The notes under the pieces are model-generated. The model saw nothing but the letters and a program-made list of their open reading frames with translations. It was not told the origin of the DNA and did not search any database. Made by a program: the position numbers and the translations under genes. A DNA stretch of 64,000 bases. Source: Candidatus Kerfeldbacteria bacterium (GTDB taxonomy: Bacteria; Patescibacteriota; Patescibacteriia; SBBC01; CAIJZX01). This document shows positions 1-10,070 of this stretch, piece after piece; position 1 is the stretch's first letter, and each line of letters opens with the position of its first letter. The DNA is taken from positions 28,564 through 92,563 of the forward strand of contig CAIJZX010000015.1 of NCBI GenBank assembly GCA_903825245.1, in the 5' to 3' direction.

Positions 1-299
1 GTGGTGAAAAGAAGCGGGCGGAAATTTTACAGATGATGATCCTTGAACCAAGAATGTGTATTCTCGATGAAACGGATTCGGGACTCGATATCGATGCTTT
101 GAAAATCGTAGCTGACGGCGTGAATTCACTGCGATCGCCTGATCGCGGATTTCTCGTTATCACGCACTATCAACGATTATTGAATTATATTAAACCCGAT
201 GTCGTGCATGTGTTGATTGACGGGAAGATTGTGAGGACTGGTGGAGCGGAGGTGGCGATGGAATTAGAAGTAAGTGGTTATGAAACAATTCCCACATGA
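1..299 (+). CDS. sufC: Fe-S cluster assembly ATPase SufC, C-terminal part (5' end outside window)
   Basis: Translation in the frame starting at nt 3 gives [33 protein letters not shown], which is the ABC signature/Walker B region of SufC. The stop at 299 overlaps the sufB start. Confidence 0.85.
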   Translation, partial: GEKKRAEILQMMILEPRMCILDETDSGLDIDALKIVADGVNSLRSPDRGFLVITHYQRLLNYIKPDVVHVLIDGKIVRTGGAEVAMELEVSGYETIPT

Positions 300-1705
300 G
301 TAGCAAAGTTCAAATGGCTACCAAATCTCTGGGAACCTACCAATTCGGCTTTTCCTATCCGGAAATTTCCGTCCAGAAAGCGCCGCGTGGTTTGTCAGCG
401 GATATTGTGAAGGCAATTTCGCAGTGGAAACATGAGCCGGGTTGGATGACGGAAAAACGATTGCAGGCCTACGCCGTGTTCAAACAAAAGCAGATGCCGC
501 CGTGGGGCGCCGACCTGTCGCAGATTGATTTTGACAATATTTATTATTATTTAAAACCGATCGAACATCAGGCACGAAGCTGGAACGATGTGCCGGATTC
601 GATGAAGAAGACCTTTGATCGTCTCGGTATTCCGGAAGCGGAAAAGAAGTTTCTGGCCGGGGTCGGCGCCCAGTACGACAGCGAGGTCATCTACCACTCG
701 CTCATCGAATCTTTAACCAAGAAGGGCGTGATTTTTACGGATATGGATACTGCATTGCGCGAGTATCCAGAAATCGTTAAACAGTACTTTGGTACGCTGA
801 TTCCCGCGAGCGATAATAAGTTCGCCGCGCTGAATTCGGCAACATGGTCGGGTGGATCGTTTGTCTATGTGCCGAAGGGTGTGCACGTTGATTTACCGTT
901 GCAAGCGTACTTCCGGATCAACGCGAAGAACATGGGGCAGTTTGAACGGACGCTGATTATTGCCGAAGAAGGTTCGTACGTAAATTACGTAGAAGGGTGC
1001 ACCGCGCCGGTCTATGCTAGCGATTCACTGCACGCGGCGGTAGTGGAAATTTTCGTTAAAAAAGGTGCACGCGTGCGTTACACGACGATTCAAAATTGGT
1101 CGAAGGACGTGTACAATCTCGTCACGAAGCGCGCCCGCGTTGATGAAGAAGGAACAATGGAGTGGATCGATGGGAATTTAGGTTCACGAGTGACGATGAA
1201 ATATCCGAGCGTCTACCTGATGGGACGCAAAGCGCACGGTGAAGTTCTGTCGATCGCCTTTGCCGGTGCGGGACAATACCAGGACGCGGGCGGCAAAGCA
1301 ATTCACAATGCGCCGGAAACATCGTCAATCATCACCTCAAAATCCATTTGCAAAGACGGCGGACGAACGTCATATCGCGGCCTCGTCCACATGGCGCCGG
1401 CAGCGAAAGGTTCAAAATCGAATGTAAAGTGCGATGCGCTGATTCTCGATTCCGCCTCGCGCAGCGATACCTACCCGACGATGAAAATTCGGGCAAAGGA
1501 TGTAACACTCGGCCATGAAGCGACGGTGTCGAAAGTTGGTGAAGAACAACTCTTCTATCTCATGTCTCGTGGTCTTGATGAACCGACAGCGACGGGATTG
1601 ATTGTCTCTGGATTTATTGAACCAATTGTGAAAGAATTGCCGTTAGAGTACGCCGTCGAACTCAATAAACTTATTCAATTAGAAATGGAAGGGAGTGTGG
1701 GATGA
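296..1705 (+). CDS. sufB: Fe-S cluster assembly protein SufB
   Basis: 469-aa ORF with SufB/SufD family C-terminal motifs (FYLMSRGL..., beta-helix region). The 4-nt start/stop overlap with sufC suggests translational coupling. Confidence 0.9.
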   Translation: MSSKVQMATKSLGTYQFGFSYPEISVQKAPRGLSADIVKAISQWKHEPGWMTEKRLQAYAVFKQKQMPPWGADLSQIDFDNIYYYLKPIEHQARSWNDVPDSMKKTFDRLGIPEAEKKFLAGVGAQYDSEVIYHSLIESLTKKGVIFTDMDTALREYPEIVKQYFGTLIPASDNKFAALNSATWSGGSFVYVPKGVHVDLPLQAYFRINAKNMGQFERTLIIAEEGSYVNYVEGCTAPVYASDSLHAAVVEIFVKKGARVRYTTIQNWSKDVYNLVTKRARVDEEGTMEWIDGNLGSRVTMKYPSVYLMGRKAHGEVLSIAFAGAGQYQDAGGKAIHNAPETSSIITSKSICKDGGRTSYRGLVHMAPAAKGSKSNVKCDALILDSASRSDTYPTMKIRAKDVTLGHEATVSKVGEEQLFYLMSRGLDEPTATGLIVSGFIEPIVKELPLEYAVELNKLIQLEMEGSVG

Positions 1706-2214
1706 CAAAACCTGGCGACAAAGAATGGCTACCGTATGAGAAGCACCTCAAGCGTCTACCGAAGAAACGTGTTGCGTCCGGCGTGTTCTTGTTGGACGGT
1801 AACGGCGATGTGCTTTTGGTAAAACCAGAGTACAAAGATTACTGGATCTTGCCTGGCGGAGTAGTCGAGCTTAATGAAACACCGATTGATGGTTTACGGC
1901 GAGAGCTTCAGGAAGAATTAGGATTAGTATTCTCTAGTTTTGTGCCTGTAGCTGTACAATATTCGCGACGATCAAATGAGGTGGCTGATGTCATTCATTT
2001 TCTCTTTACAGGTACAATTAATGCTCAACAGATAAAAAATATTCACTTACAACTTGATGAACTGGAAGAGCATAAACTTGTACCGCTTCGTGATCTCCCT
2101 AAATACTGCAAGTCTAGATTTGTAAGATTCTGGCCACAAATATACGAAGCCATTATAGATAAGAAGCTTATTTATCTAGAAAATATTGAAAATATAGAAA
2201 GGGATGTGGCATGA
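1702..2214 (+). CDS. NUDIX hydrolase
   Basis: Nudix box [24 protein letters not shown]. The start overlaps the sufB stop. Confidence 0.8.
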   Translation: MTKPGDKEWLPYEKHLKRLPKKRVASGVFLLDGNGDVLLVKPEYKDYWILPGGVVELNETPIDGLRRELQEELGLVFSSFVPVAVQYSRRSNEVADVIHFLFTGTINAQQIKNIHLQLDELEEHKLVPLRDLPKYCKSRFVRFWPQIYEAIIDKKLIYLENIENIERDVA

Positions 2215-2621
2215 ATGATTGCATTTTTTGCCGGATGGTGGCCGGCGCTGAACCAAAGCACCACATTTGGGAGAATGACCAGTTCATGACCATCCTCACA
2301 TGGCATCCGCATCAACCGGGCCACATGCTGATTATTCCCAAACGGCACGTCGATTACTTTTTTGATATGAGCAAAGATGAATATTTGGATTTGATGGCGT
2401 TAGCCTACAAGTTCCAACCAACGTTAAAACGCATAACGAAACCAATCCGTATTGGATTGGCGGTTGAAGGATTCGGTGTTGGTCATGCGCACTTGCACAT
2501 GATCCCACTCCACGGTCCGGCGGGGCTTGATTCGAAACTCGCACACTTCGTATCAGAAGAAGAATTAGCATCGATGGCGAAAACAATTCGGGAAGCACTC
2601 GAGGAGGATCATGTTATCTAG
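2211..2621 (+). CDS. HIT family (histidine triad) protein
   Basis: HIT motif GVGHAHLHMIP (HxHxHxx) in a 136-aa ORF. The start overlaps the upstream stop. Confidence 0.8.
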   Translation: MNDCIFCRMVAGAEPKHHIWENDQFMTILTWHPHQPGHMLIIPKRHVDYFFDMSKDEYLDLMALAYKFQPTLKRITKPIRIGLAVEGFGVGHAHLHMIPLHGPAGLDSKLAHFVSEEELASMAKTIREALEEDHVI

Positions 2622-3228
2622 CGTGGTCATCGATACCATGGTCGAGCCGACCATGTGCCACGCGGTCAACCAGGGGCAAAAACTGACCCTTGTGGTTCCT
2701 GTGCTGGAGGCCCCAAACGGCCCCAGGAAACGCGTTATCACCCTGGCTGGTGAAAGAGCGGAAGTTGAAGTGATCGGCCTTTTCTTGGGCCGTGGTGAGG
2801 CTCAATTGGCCATTCAAATCGATACGATTCATGCCGCGCCGAACACGAAAGGTAATACTGTTTTTAAAGCGGTATTGGCTGACACGTCGTCGCTCCAGTT
2901 TGATGGCATGATAAAAATTGAACCAGGTGCGCAGGGGAGCAATGATTTTTTACAACAGGATTCATTAATGCTATCTGCCAATGCCAAAGCGAATTCAGTG
3001 CCGGGACTAGAAATTGAAGCGAATGATGTAAAGGCATCGCACGGTGCGACGGCGAAGCCAGTTGATCCTGAACAGAAGTTCTATCTTATGTCTCGCGGCT
3101 TGACGGAGCAACAAGCAGAAACCTTGATTGTCCAAGGCTTTATCGCCTCTATACTTACAAAGATTGATGATGTAGAGTTGAAAAAGAGAATCCTTTCTAT
3201 TCTTAACCATTTTAATCATACTTTATAA
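2611..3228 (+). CDS. sufD: SufD-like Fe-S assembly protein (short, C-terminal SufB/D beta-helix domain only)
   Basis: [25 protein letters not shown] parallels the sufB C-terminus. It is 205 aa, against about 400 aa for canonical SufD. Confidence 0.7.
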   Translation: MLSSVVIDTMVEPTMCHAVNQGQKLTLVVPVLEAPNGPRKRVITLAGERAEVEVIGLFLGRGEAQLAIQIDTIHAAPNTKGNTVFKAVLADTSSLQFDGMIKIEPGAQGSNDFLQQDSLMLSANAKANSVPGLEIEANDVKASHGATAKPVDPEQKFYLMSRGLTEQQAETLIVQGFIASILTKIDDVELKKRILSILNHFNHTL

Positions 3229-3232
3229 TGCC

Positions 3233-3982
3233 ATGTTAACGCGCGCTCAACGTCGATACTGGTTTGCCATGATCTTTGGTCTACTTGCTGGGACTTGGAC
3301 AGTCGTGGATTTGATGGTGGCACCGAATTGGGGTTGGTCGAGGTTTCAACAGTTTTTACTTTTGATTCCAATTCTCATACTTTTTATTTACGGATTCCTA
3401 ATTACCCGGCGATCTCAACAGTTGATTAAACAAGAGATTGGCGAATTTGCTCAAACGCAAGGTTGGCAATTGGTGAGTGACCCTCCGGCAAACATGGCGT
3501 CTGCGCCAAATCTACGTCTGAACCCAAAGAATATAACGTCCGTACCGCCGCTGGTGGAAAGTTTTCTTTCACCCGACCAACGAACATATTTACTACATGA
3601 CGGTTGGGCGCTCGGACAATCAAAAACAGCGCTCATTTTCTTCTCCACACTATTGGATGGTTCAGTTGATGGTTGGCTGCACCTCGAAGGTAATAAAGAA
3701 GGATTCGCCTGGCCCGGAGAAGTTGATTTAGAAAGTAACGACTATAATATTACAACGCATACCCGGACTTCGAATAAAGAACTTCCCGTTCATTTGCTCA
3801 GTCCCGATATTATGGCGTGGTACTTGGACTTGCCGTTGAAACCATGGGTACACGTTGAAGGGCGAACGTTATTTGTGGGATTAGACGTCGGTCAACCAGT
3901 GACAGGTCTAGAACAACTATTAGGCCACATTGCCTTCTTGCAAAAGGCGTTTAACCGTTCGGGCGCTCTCCAGAAGATATAG
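3233..3982 (+). CDS. hypothetical membrane protein
   Basis: 249-aa ORF with two N-terminal hydrophobic helices. It sits inside the suf cluster. Confidence 0.5.
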   Translation: MLTRAQRRYWFAMIFGLLAGTWTVVDLMVAPNWGWSRFQQFLLLIPILILFIYGFLITRRSQQLIKQEIGEFAQTQGWQLVSDPPANMASAPNLRLNPKNITSVPPLVESFLSPDQRTYLLHDGWALGQSKTALIFFSTLLDGSVDGWLHLEGNKEGFAWPGEVDLESNDYNITTHTRTSNKELPVHLLSPDIMAWYLDLPLKPWVHVEGRTLFVGLDVGQPVTGLEQLLGHIAFLQKAFNRSGALQKI

Positions 3983-3987
3983 TTATT

Positions 3988-5217
3988 ATGAAGAACATCT
4001 TTCCTGATTTTCCAATTTTCAAAACCAATCCCGGATTGATCTATTTAGACTCGGCGGCGTCGGCACAGAAACCGCAAGCGGTGATTGATGCAGAAAAGAA
4101 TTTTTATGAAACGTCTTACGCGAATGTCCATCGTGGAATTTACGCCTTGTCGGAAAAAGCGACTGAACTGTATGAAGGTTCACGAGAAACTGTTCGGAAG
4201 TTTATTAATGCTAAGAGTACGAAAGAAATTATTTTTGTTCGCGGTGCGACGGAAGGAATTAATCTGATTGCGCATTCGTTTGGTCAGCAACTGCGAAAAG
4301 ATGACGTCATTTTGTTGTCCGAAATGGAGCACCACGCAAATATTGTGCCATGGCAAGCGCTGGCCACCCCCTCACCGCTTCGCGGAGCTCCCCCTGCCGC
4401 AGGGGGAGCGGTTCTGCGTTGGATTCCGGTGACGGAGAGCGGTGATCTGGATTTGACGAATATTGATGAGTTACTGAAAGGCGTAAAACTCGTGGCGGTG
4501 ACGCAGATGTCGAATGTACTGGGGACAGTGAATGACGTGCAATTCCTGGCTGACAAAGCGCACGCAGTTGGAGCTAAAATATTGGTTGATGGTGCGCAAT
4601 CTGTTCCACATATGCCGGTTGATGTACAAAAACTCAATTGCGACTTTCTGGTGTTCTCTGGTCACAAAATGCTCGGGCCAACCGGAATCGGTGTGGTGTA
4701 CATAAAACAAGAAATTCTGGAGACGATGGAGCCGTACCAACGCGGCGGCAATATGATTCTCGAAGTCAAAAAAAACAGCGCTACCTGGAATGGATTACCA
4801 TACAAGTTTGAAGCGGGGACGCCGAATATCGCCGGGGCAATTGGCTTAGGTGCGGCCATCGATTATTTGCAAGATGTAGGGATGGAGAAGATATGGGAAC
4901 ATGAACAAGATTTAGTAAAGTATGGACTTGCGCAATTCAGCGTGTTGAAAGGCGTGCGTGTGTTGGGTGCCGATGCTACATCAGCGCGCTCGGCGATCTT
5001 TGCTTTCGATATTGATGGGGTCCATCCGCACGATATCGGCTCGATTCTTGACCAGCAGAACATCGCCGTTCGCGCTGGACATCATTGTGCCCAGCCGCTG
5101 CACGAAAAGTTCGGATTAGTAGCTACAGCGCGCGCGTCGTGTTATTTGTACAACACCAAGGAAGATATCGATGTATTGGTAGCGGGTATCAAAAAAGTTC
5201 AAGAGACATTCACATGA
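3988..5217 (+). CDS. sufS: cysteine desulfurase SufS (class V aminotransferase) carrying a short in-frame insertion
   Basis: AAT-V motifs (HHANIVPWQ, SGHKMLGPTGIGVVY, RAGHHCAQP). A GC-rich palindrome at 4363-4412 encodes extra residues TPSPLRGAPPAAGG. Confidence 0.9.
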   Translation: MKNIFPDFPIFKTNPGLIYLDSAASAQKPQAVIDAEKNFYETSYANVHRGIYALSEKATELYEGSRETVRKFINAKSTKEIIFVRGATEGINLIAHSFGQQLRKDDVILLSEMEHHANIVPWQALATPSPLRGAPPAAGGAVLRWIPVTESGDLDLTNIDELLKGVKLVAVTQMSNVLGTVNDVQFLADKAHAVGAKILVDGAQSVPHMPVDVQKLNCDFLVFSGHKMLGPTGIGVVYIKQEILETMEPYQRGGNMILEVKKNSATWNGLPYKFEAGTPNIAGAIGLGAAIDYLQDVGMEKIWEHEQDLVKYGLAQFSVLKGVRVLGADATSARSAIFAFDIDGVHPHDIGSILDQQNIAVRAGHHCAQPLHEKFGLVATARASCYLYNTKEDIDVLVAGIKKVQETFT

Positions 5218-5747
5218 TTGGGCTACGACGCGGTACAGTGCAGCTCGTTGATCATCAAAAGTCGTGGTCAATGGCGTATAATCGTGAACGGAAGATATTG
5301 CGGCGCGAGCTTGGCAGTTATGTGTGTGACATTCAGCATGTTGGAAGTACGTCTATTCCGGGAATACAAGCAAAACCGATTATTGACATTAATATCGGCG
5401 TTGTATCGGTGCGCGGTGCCAAACAACACATGACCGCGTTACAGCGATTGGGTTATACGCTTCGCACTCCGCCATCGCCAACCGGTCGTCATTGGAAGTT
5501 AACCTACGTGAAGGGTCCGGAAGGGCGTCGGATGGTTCACTTGCACGTCCTTCGATATCAGGGCGTGCTGTGGAGAAAGAACATTTTGTTTCGGGATACG
5601 TTGCGGAAAAATAAGCGACTGGCGAGGCAGTATGAGCATCTTAAAAAAACACTGGCGGCGCAGTTCCCGAATGATCGAAAAAAATACACGGCCGGAAAAT
5701 TACCATTCATTTTTCGGGTGCAAAAAAGGTATCGGAGAACGATATGA
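5214..5747 (+). CDS. GrpB family protein (UPF0157, nucleotidyltransferase-like)
   Basis: GrpB-like sequence (DIQHVGSTSIPG...KPIIDI...HLHV). An ATGA overlap with the sufS stop makes ATG 5214 the likely start rather than ORF-track 5085. Confidence 0.7.
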   Translation: MIGLRRGTVQLVDHQKSWSMAYNRERKILRRELGSYVCDIQHVGSTSIPGIQAKPIIDINIGVVSVRGAKQHMTALQRLGYTLRTPPSPTGRHWKLTYVKGPEGRRMVHLHVLRYQGVLWRKNILFRDTLRKNKRLARQYEHLKKTLAAQFPNDRKKYTAGKLPFIFRVQKRYRRTI

Positions 5748-6115
5748 TCACAAACATGTATCAAGAGAACATTCTCGACCACTATAAACACCCGCGGAAT
5801 TTCGGAGATCTTCCAAATGCAAAATTTCATGCCCACGCAGCAAATCCGTTGTGTGGCGATGAGCTAGATTTCTTTTTGGAATTCAATACTGATGATAAAA
5901 TATCGAACGTAAAATTCAATGGCCGCGGTTGCACGATTACCATCGCCTCAGCATCAATGTTGAGCGAAAAACTACGTGGCATGTCTCGTTCTGATATCGA
6001 AATCTTCTCAAACGAAGACGCTATTAAACTCCTTGGTGTACCCATCACGCCAGCCCGTTTAAAGTGTGCAACGCTCGCCCTGGAAACCGTTCAACAGGCG
6101 ATCGGGCATCATTAA
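5744..6115 (+). CDS. sufU: SUF system Fe-S scaffold SufU (NifU/IscU-like)
   Basis: Conserved NPLCGDELDF, GRGCTI, KCATLALE motifs in a 123-aa ORF. Confidence 0.85.
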   Translation: MITNMYQENILDHYKHPRNFGDLPNAKFHAHAANPLCGDELDFFLEFNTDDKISNVKFNGRGCTITIASASMLSEKLRGMSRSDIEIFSNEDAIKLLGVPITPARLKCATLALETVQQAIGHH

Positions 6116-6187
6116 TTTGTAACTTGTTACGATAATGAGGTTGAGTTGACGTCTCTGGCTGTTTTATTACACCAGATTGGCGGGCGC

Positions 6188-6216
6188 TTGACAAAACACC
6201 TCGGCTGAACTATACT
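6188..6216 (+). promoter_or_regulatory. sigma70-type promoter (TTGACA-17-TATACT) upstream of the sortase gene
   Basis: TTGACA at 6188-6193 and TATACT at 6211-6216 with a 17-nt spacer. It lies about 25 nt upstream of ATG 6240. Confidence 0.6.
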
Positions 6217-6239
6217 GCCGGGTTATTTTTTATTGTCGT

Positions 6240-6782
6240 ATGCGTACTCATCGTTGGGTTATTCTCTGCTTAGCTATAGCTATTGGCCTCCCAAGCGCGC
6301 CAGCGCATGCTTTGAATGTTGGATATCCGAAAGCAATTCTTATTCCGACGATCAAGGCGAGTGCAACAATCGAAAGCCTTGGGGTTACGTCGAGCGGCGT
6401 AATGATTGCGCCACATTCAGCATGGTTAGCGGCTTGGTCCAATAAAACCGTTCGACCCGGTCAAGTTGGAAATTCGGTTGTCTATGGACACGTGAATACC
6501 GCCACGTCTCAGACGGCGGTGTTTACGAACTTGAAATCATTGCTGGTGGGCGACGTGCTGTATGTGACGGACGATCGTCGTGTGACGCGTGCTTTTACGG
6601 TTACAAAAACTGCCGTGTATCCAATCAACGCTGTGCCAATGAATCTGATTAGCGGAGCAACGCGTGAAGTCCATCTCAACTTGTATACGTGCGCTGGGGT
6701 ATGGAGTAACAAGCTCGGCAACTACACCCAGCGCCTCGTAGTCTACACGACGCTGGTGAAGAATTCGGAAGTGATGAAGTAG
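6240..6782 (+). CDS. sortase family transpeptidase (secreted)
   Basis: Signal peptide is present. Catalytic His lies in VVYGHVN and the TLxTC-like motif is LNLYTCAG. Confidence 0.7.
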   Translation: MRTHRWVILCLAIAIGLPSAPAHALNVGYPKAILIPTIKASATIESLGVTSSGVMIAPHSAWLAAWSNKTVRPGQVGNSVVYGHVNTATSQTAVFTNLKSLLVGDVLYVTDDRRVTRAFTVTKTAVYPINAVPMNLISGATREVHLNLYTCAGVWSNKLGNYTQRLVVYTTLVKNSEVMK

Positions 6783-7367
6783 TTACGGAAGGAGTTTCAG
6801 AACGTTCCACCACGCGGCGATATACTCAGCACGCTTATTCTGGTATTTCAAGTAGTACGCATGTTCCCAAACATCAAGCCCAATAATTGGTGTGTGGCCG
6901 TGCAATAATGGTGAGTCTTGATTCGGCATGGCGTGCAGGTGGAGTTTTTTCTGCCCATCTTGTGCTAACCATATCCAGCCGCTGCCGAATAACGATGCGC
7001 CCATGTCAGAGAAAACTTTCTTGAAATTTTCGAGTGAATTCCATTCGTGCTCAATACTGGTGACGAGCGCCTGGTCGACACTTTTCTTCTCATCCATGAT
7101 TTGCCAAAATAGGGAGTGGTTCGAATGGCCACCACCATGGTTGCGGATCGCCGTCTTGTCAGCTTCAGGAATTTGTAATGTATCAAGGTTCGCTAACAAT
7201 TGTTCAAGCGGTTGATCGGCAATGTCGGGATGCTTGTCGAGGACGGCGTTCAGTTTGTCGATGTATGTTTGATGGTGCTTGGTGTAATGAATTTCCATCG
7301 TCTTGGTATCGATAAACGGTTCCAGGGCGCTATAGGCGTAGGGAAGTTGGGGGAGTGAATATTTCAT
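6783..7367 (-). CDS. sodA: Fe/Mn superoxide dismutase
   Basis: YTKHHQTYIDKLN, DVWEHAYYL motifs in a 194-aa ORF. Confidence 0.92.
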   Translation of the reverse strand: MKYSLPQLPYAYSALEPFIDTKTMEIHYTKHHQTYIDKLNAVLDKHPDIADQPLEQLLANLDTLQIPEADKTAIRNHGGGHSNHSLFWQIMDEKKSVDQALVTSIEHEWNSLENFKKVFSDMGASLFGSGWIWLAQDGQKKLHLHAMPNQDSPLLHGHTPIIGLDVWEHAYYLKYQNKRAEYIAAWWNVLKLLP

Positions 7368-7370
7368 GAG

Positions 7371-8519
7371 GTGGTGGGGCTAGTGGATAAGCGTTTGCTC
7401 ATGATACACTACTCTCCTATGAAAGGCGAAGGGTATACACCGGAACAAGATAGAGAAGTAAAGGAATTGCCAAATAACGTTGAGGAAGTTTTCCCCGGCG
7501 GTTATCGCTTAACGAAAGGCGCGACCATTTTGGATGTGCCCGAAACTTGGGTAATTGATACCGGCGAGGGATTACTTGTTATTGATCCGGGCGGCGAGCT
7601 GCCGATTGAGTCAGCGGATGAAGCGAAATCATTGAAACCATTTGCGGCGGCGCTGACGAATTCGATGCGGAGTCATAAAATTGACGGCCTACGAGCCTTA
7701 GAAAAACAATTAGGAAAGAAAGTTACCGCCATTCTGTTAACGCACGGTGACGCCGACCATACGAATAACCTCGAGAATGTTGCTGATGCCGATGTACCGA
7801 TATTCGTTGATCGGCACGAATGGTGGTCGACGCTTTCGCCGGAAAAACAATTTGCCGCTGGGGCGATGAATTATAAAAAGAGCGAACTCACATCTCACGA
7901 TGCGGGCGGCTTAGGCGGACGCGATAAGGGTTGGCAAAAAATCGCATCGCATTTGAATAATCCCCGCGGCGGTGCCGATGCGCATGGCAATAAGCAACGA
8001 TTGGCTCAACGCTTTCGTGACTTTCCCGAATCATTTCCACTTGCCAATGGTTCACTCGAAGTTGTTGCCCTACCGGGTCATGCGCCAGGGGAGCATGGGT
8101 TTTATATTCCGGAACAACGCCTCTGTATTGGCGGTGATCTCATATCGACGAGTAAAAAAGGCATGGCGGGTCGATTTAATCTTTTTCTTCCAGAAGCAAA
8201 CGTGTACCAGGCAATCGCAACAGCACGTCGGCTTCAGGAAATGGATATCGCAAAATATTATCCGGCGCATGGCGAGCCGATTATTGGTCGTGAAGTTTTT
8301 CGGGAGCATTGCCAACGGCTCATAGATGACGCAGATCGTTTGGTGATGCATATTTTAGAGCAAGCCGAACAATATCCGCACGCAGATGTTCACGAGTTAG
8401 TGAAACACGTGTTTACGCCGGAGTTTGATTTGCCGGGGTTATCTATTGAATCGAAAAAGACGTGGGTATTTTCGGCTTTACGAAACAAATCGGACGACAG
8501 TCATGTGGCAGCCAATTGA
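7371..8519 (+). CDS. MBL-fold metallo-hydrolase
   Basis: ILLTHGDADH metallo-beta-lactamase motif. The ORF opens with GTG at 7371; ATG 7401 or 7419 are more likely starts. Confidence 0.75.
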   Translation: MVGLVDKRLLMIHYSPMKGEGYTPEQDREVKELPNNVEEVFPGGYRLTKGATILDVPETWVIDTGEGLLVIDPGGELPIESADEAKSLKPFAAALTNSMRSHKIDGLRALEKQLGKKVTAILLTHGDADHTNNLENVADADVPIFVDRHEWWSTLSPEKQFAAGAMNYKKSELTSHDAGGLGGRDKGWQKIASHLNNPRGGADAHGNKQRLAQRFRDFPESFPLANGSLEVVALPGHAPGEHGFYIPEQRLCIGGDLISTSKKGMAGRFNLFLPEANVYQAIATARRLQEMDIAKYYPAHGEPIIGREVFREHCQRLIDDADRLVMHILEQAEQYPHADVHELVKHVFTPEFDLPGLSIESKKTWVFSALRNKSDDSHVAAN

Positions 8520-9114
8520 TGTTCAAACAGGAAAACGCGTCGTTCTCAAAAAGAACGACTGGCCGATATTGATTCATGGTACGCCGAAAGCTGGATCATC
8601 GTTTTACACAGTGGCGTTAACCGCCGAACTCATTCGCCGCGGCGAGAAAATCGTTTTTCTGTGTGCGCATGCTGATGCGATTAAGGCACTGACCACTGAA
8701 CTTGTCGTGCAACAACCGGAAGTGCACGATACGAGCGTGTCAGCGAAGACGGCGACCGCACTTGAGGACATGCAACTCGTTACGCTGATGCGTCGACCAA
8801 ACATGAATCTGGTGACCTCGCTCCGAGCATTGCATGATTGGTCCGAGCGTGTTGTGGTAATCAAGAATATTGATGAAGTGATAACACCGGAGTTGTGGGC
8901 GGTCGTTAAAACACATCAGAAGCTTTGCCTCTCCGGCGACGCGACAAAAATGCAATTCGAAATTCCGATTGATTCTTTTTCGACCATGATTCTTTTTTCG
9001 CCTGGACCAGAACATTGGCTGCACCAACGGCCGGCACTTCCGACGTACATTGGTGACGTTTCTCAAAGTCGCCGCCAGTGGCAGACGATTCTCCGAGAGG
9101 TGAAAGTAGATTAG
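8503..9114 (+). CDS. hypothetical protein with degenerate P-loop-like motif
   Basis: ATG 8503 (MWQPIDV) overlaps the MBL gene end. The motif IHGTPKAGSS resembles Walker A but lacks the Lys. Confidence 0.5.
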   Translation: MWQPIDVQTGKRVVLKKNDWPILIHGTPKAGSSFYTVALTAELIRRGEKIVFLCAHADAIKALTTELVVQQPEVHDTSVSAKTATALEDMQLVTLMRRPNMNLVTSLRALHDWSERVVVIKNIDEVITPELWAVVKTHQKLCLSGDATKMQFEIPIDSFSTMILFSPGPEHWLHQRPALPTYIGDVSQSRRQWQTILREVKVD

Positions 9115-9373
9115 AAATCGTCAGTAATCTGATTAGCAATCTCATGAATTTCCTAGCATTGCCTGCCGGGGTATCTTGAGCTTGAGTCTGGGGCGTACTT
9201 TTGTGTAGTAGACAGCTCCACCAAATCTAGTGACTGTATTGTCTCTGGCAGAAAAGTGAACAGCAAACGTCCTTGGCTAACTCCTTGGATGTTTTCTTTT
9301 TGACTTACAAAGGTCGCTATTGTACTCTGCTGATACAGATGTTCTTTTTATAACTTCCAAAAAGGGGGAGCTC

Positions 9374-9967
9374 ATGCATCAGCACATCTGTACAGGATGG
9401 TTGATGCGAAAAACGTACCACCTCCTTTTTTCCGCACTAACGGCGGCTCTATTCCTCCTTCACGCTAAGAGTCGCGTAATGTGGTCAGCACCGTTCATTG
9501 GGCTGATGTTTATGGCGGCGGCGCTACTTTTGGCCGACACAGCCTTTCGTTGGCAGATTCGTGGACGACTGGTCAAAGTTTTCAAAGGGGCGGAACACCG
9601 AAAGATGAGCGGAATTACCTACGGCGTCTGTGGCGTCATTTGTGCCTACCTCGTTGGTGGGGCAAACATAGCCGCTGTGTCAGCGATCCTTCTCGGTGTC
9701 ACAGACAGTACGTCAGGATTGGTCGGTGTTTATTTCGGTCGACACTCACTGCCATTCAACCGATATAAAAGCGTTGAAGGCACAGTCGTCGGTTGTGCGG
9801 CTGGACTGGCAATAATGTCTGTTTGGCCAGGGGGATGGACACTAAAAATGTTCATGGCTCTGACGGCTACGACAGTGGAAATTCTGCCGATTCCGATCGA
9901 CGACAACTTCATGATCCCTGTATTCACGGCCATAATGGCCGTTGGATATAAAACCATCATCGGTTAA
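9374..9967 (+). CDS. membrane protein, CTP-dependent polyprenol kinase/CdsA-superfamily-like
   Basis: SD AAGGGGGAG precedes ATG 9374. The ORF is multi-TM with a C-terminal YKSVEGTVVGCAAG motif typical of the dolichol/phytol kinase-CdsA superfamily. Confidence 0.45.
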   Translation: MHQHICTGWLMRKTYHLLFSALTAALFLLHAKSRVMWSAPFIGLMFMAAALLLADTAFRWQIRGRLVKVFKGAEHRKMSGITYGVCGVICAYLVGGANIAAVSAILLGVTDSTSGLVGVYFGRHSLPFNRYKSVEGTVVGCAAGLAIMSVWPGGWTLKMFMALTATTVEILPIPIDDNFMIPVFTAIMAVGYKTIIG

Positions 9968-9971
9968 TACT

Positions 9972-10000
9972 ACTCACGACAATTCGTGAGTTTTTCTTTT
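9972..10000 (+). terminator. rho-independent terminator
   Basis: Stem CTCACGA/TCGTGAG followed by TTTTTCTTTTT. Confidence 0.6.
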
Positions 10001-10014
10001 TCAGGCCTTAGGTA

Positions 10015-10043
10015 TTGACAAAAATACCATTGTTTGCTATGAT
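10015..10043 (+). promoter_or_regulatory. sigma70 promoter TTGACA-17-TATGAT for the pilus operon
   Basis: Consensus hexamers with a 17-nt spacer, about 28 nt upstream of pilB ATG 10071. Confidence 0.6.
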
Positions 10044-10070
10044 GTCCGGTCAATTAAACGACTTGGCGAC

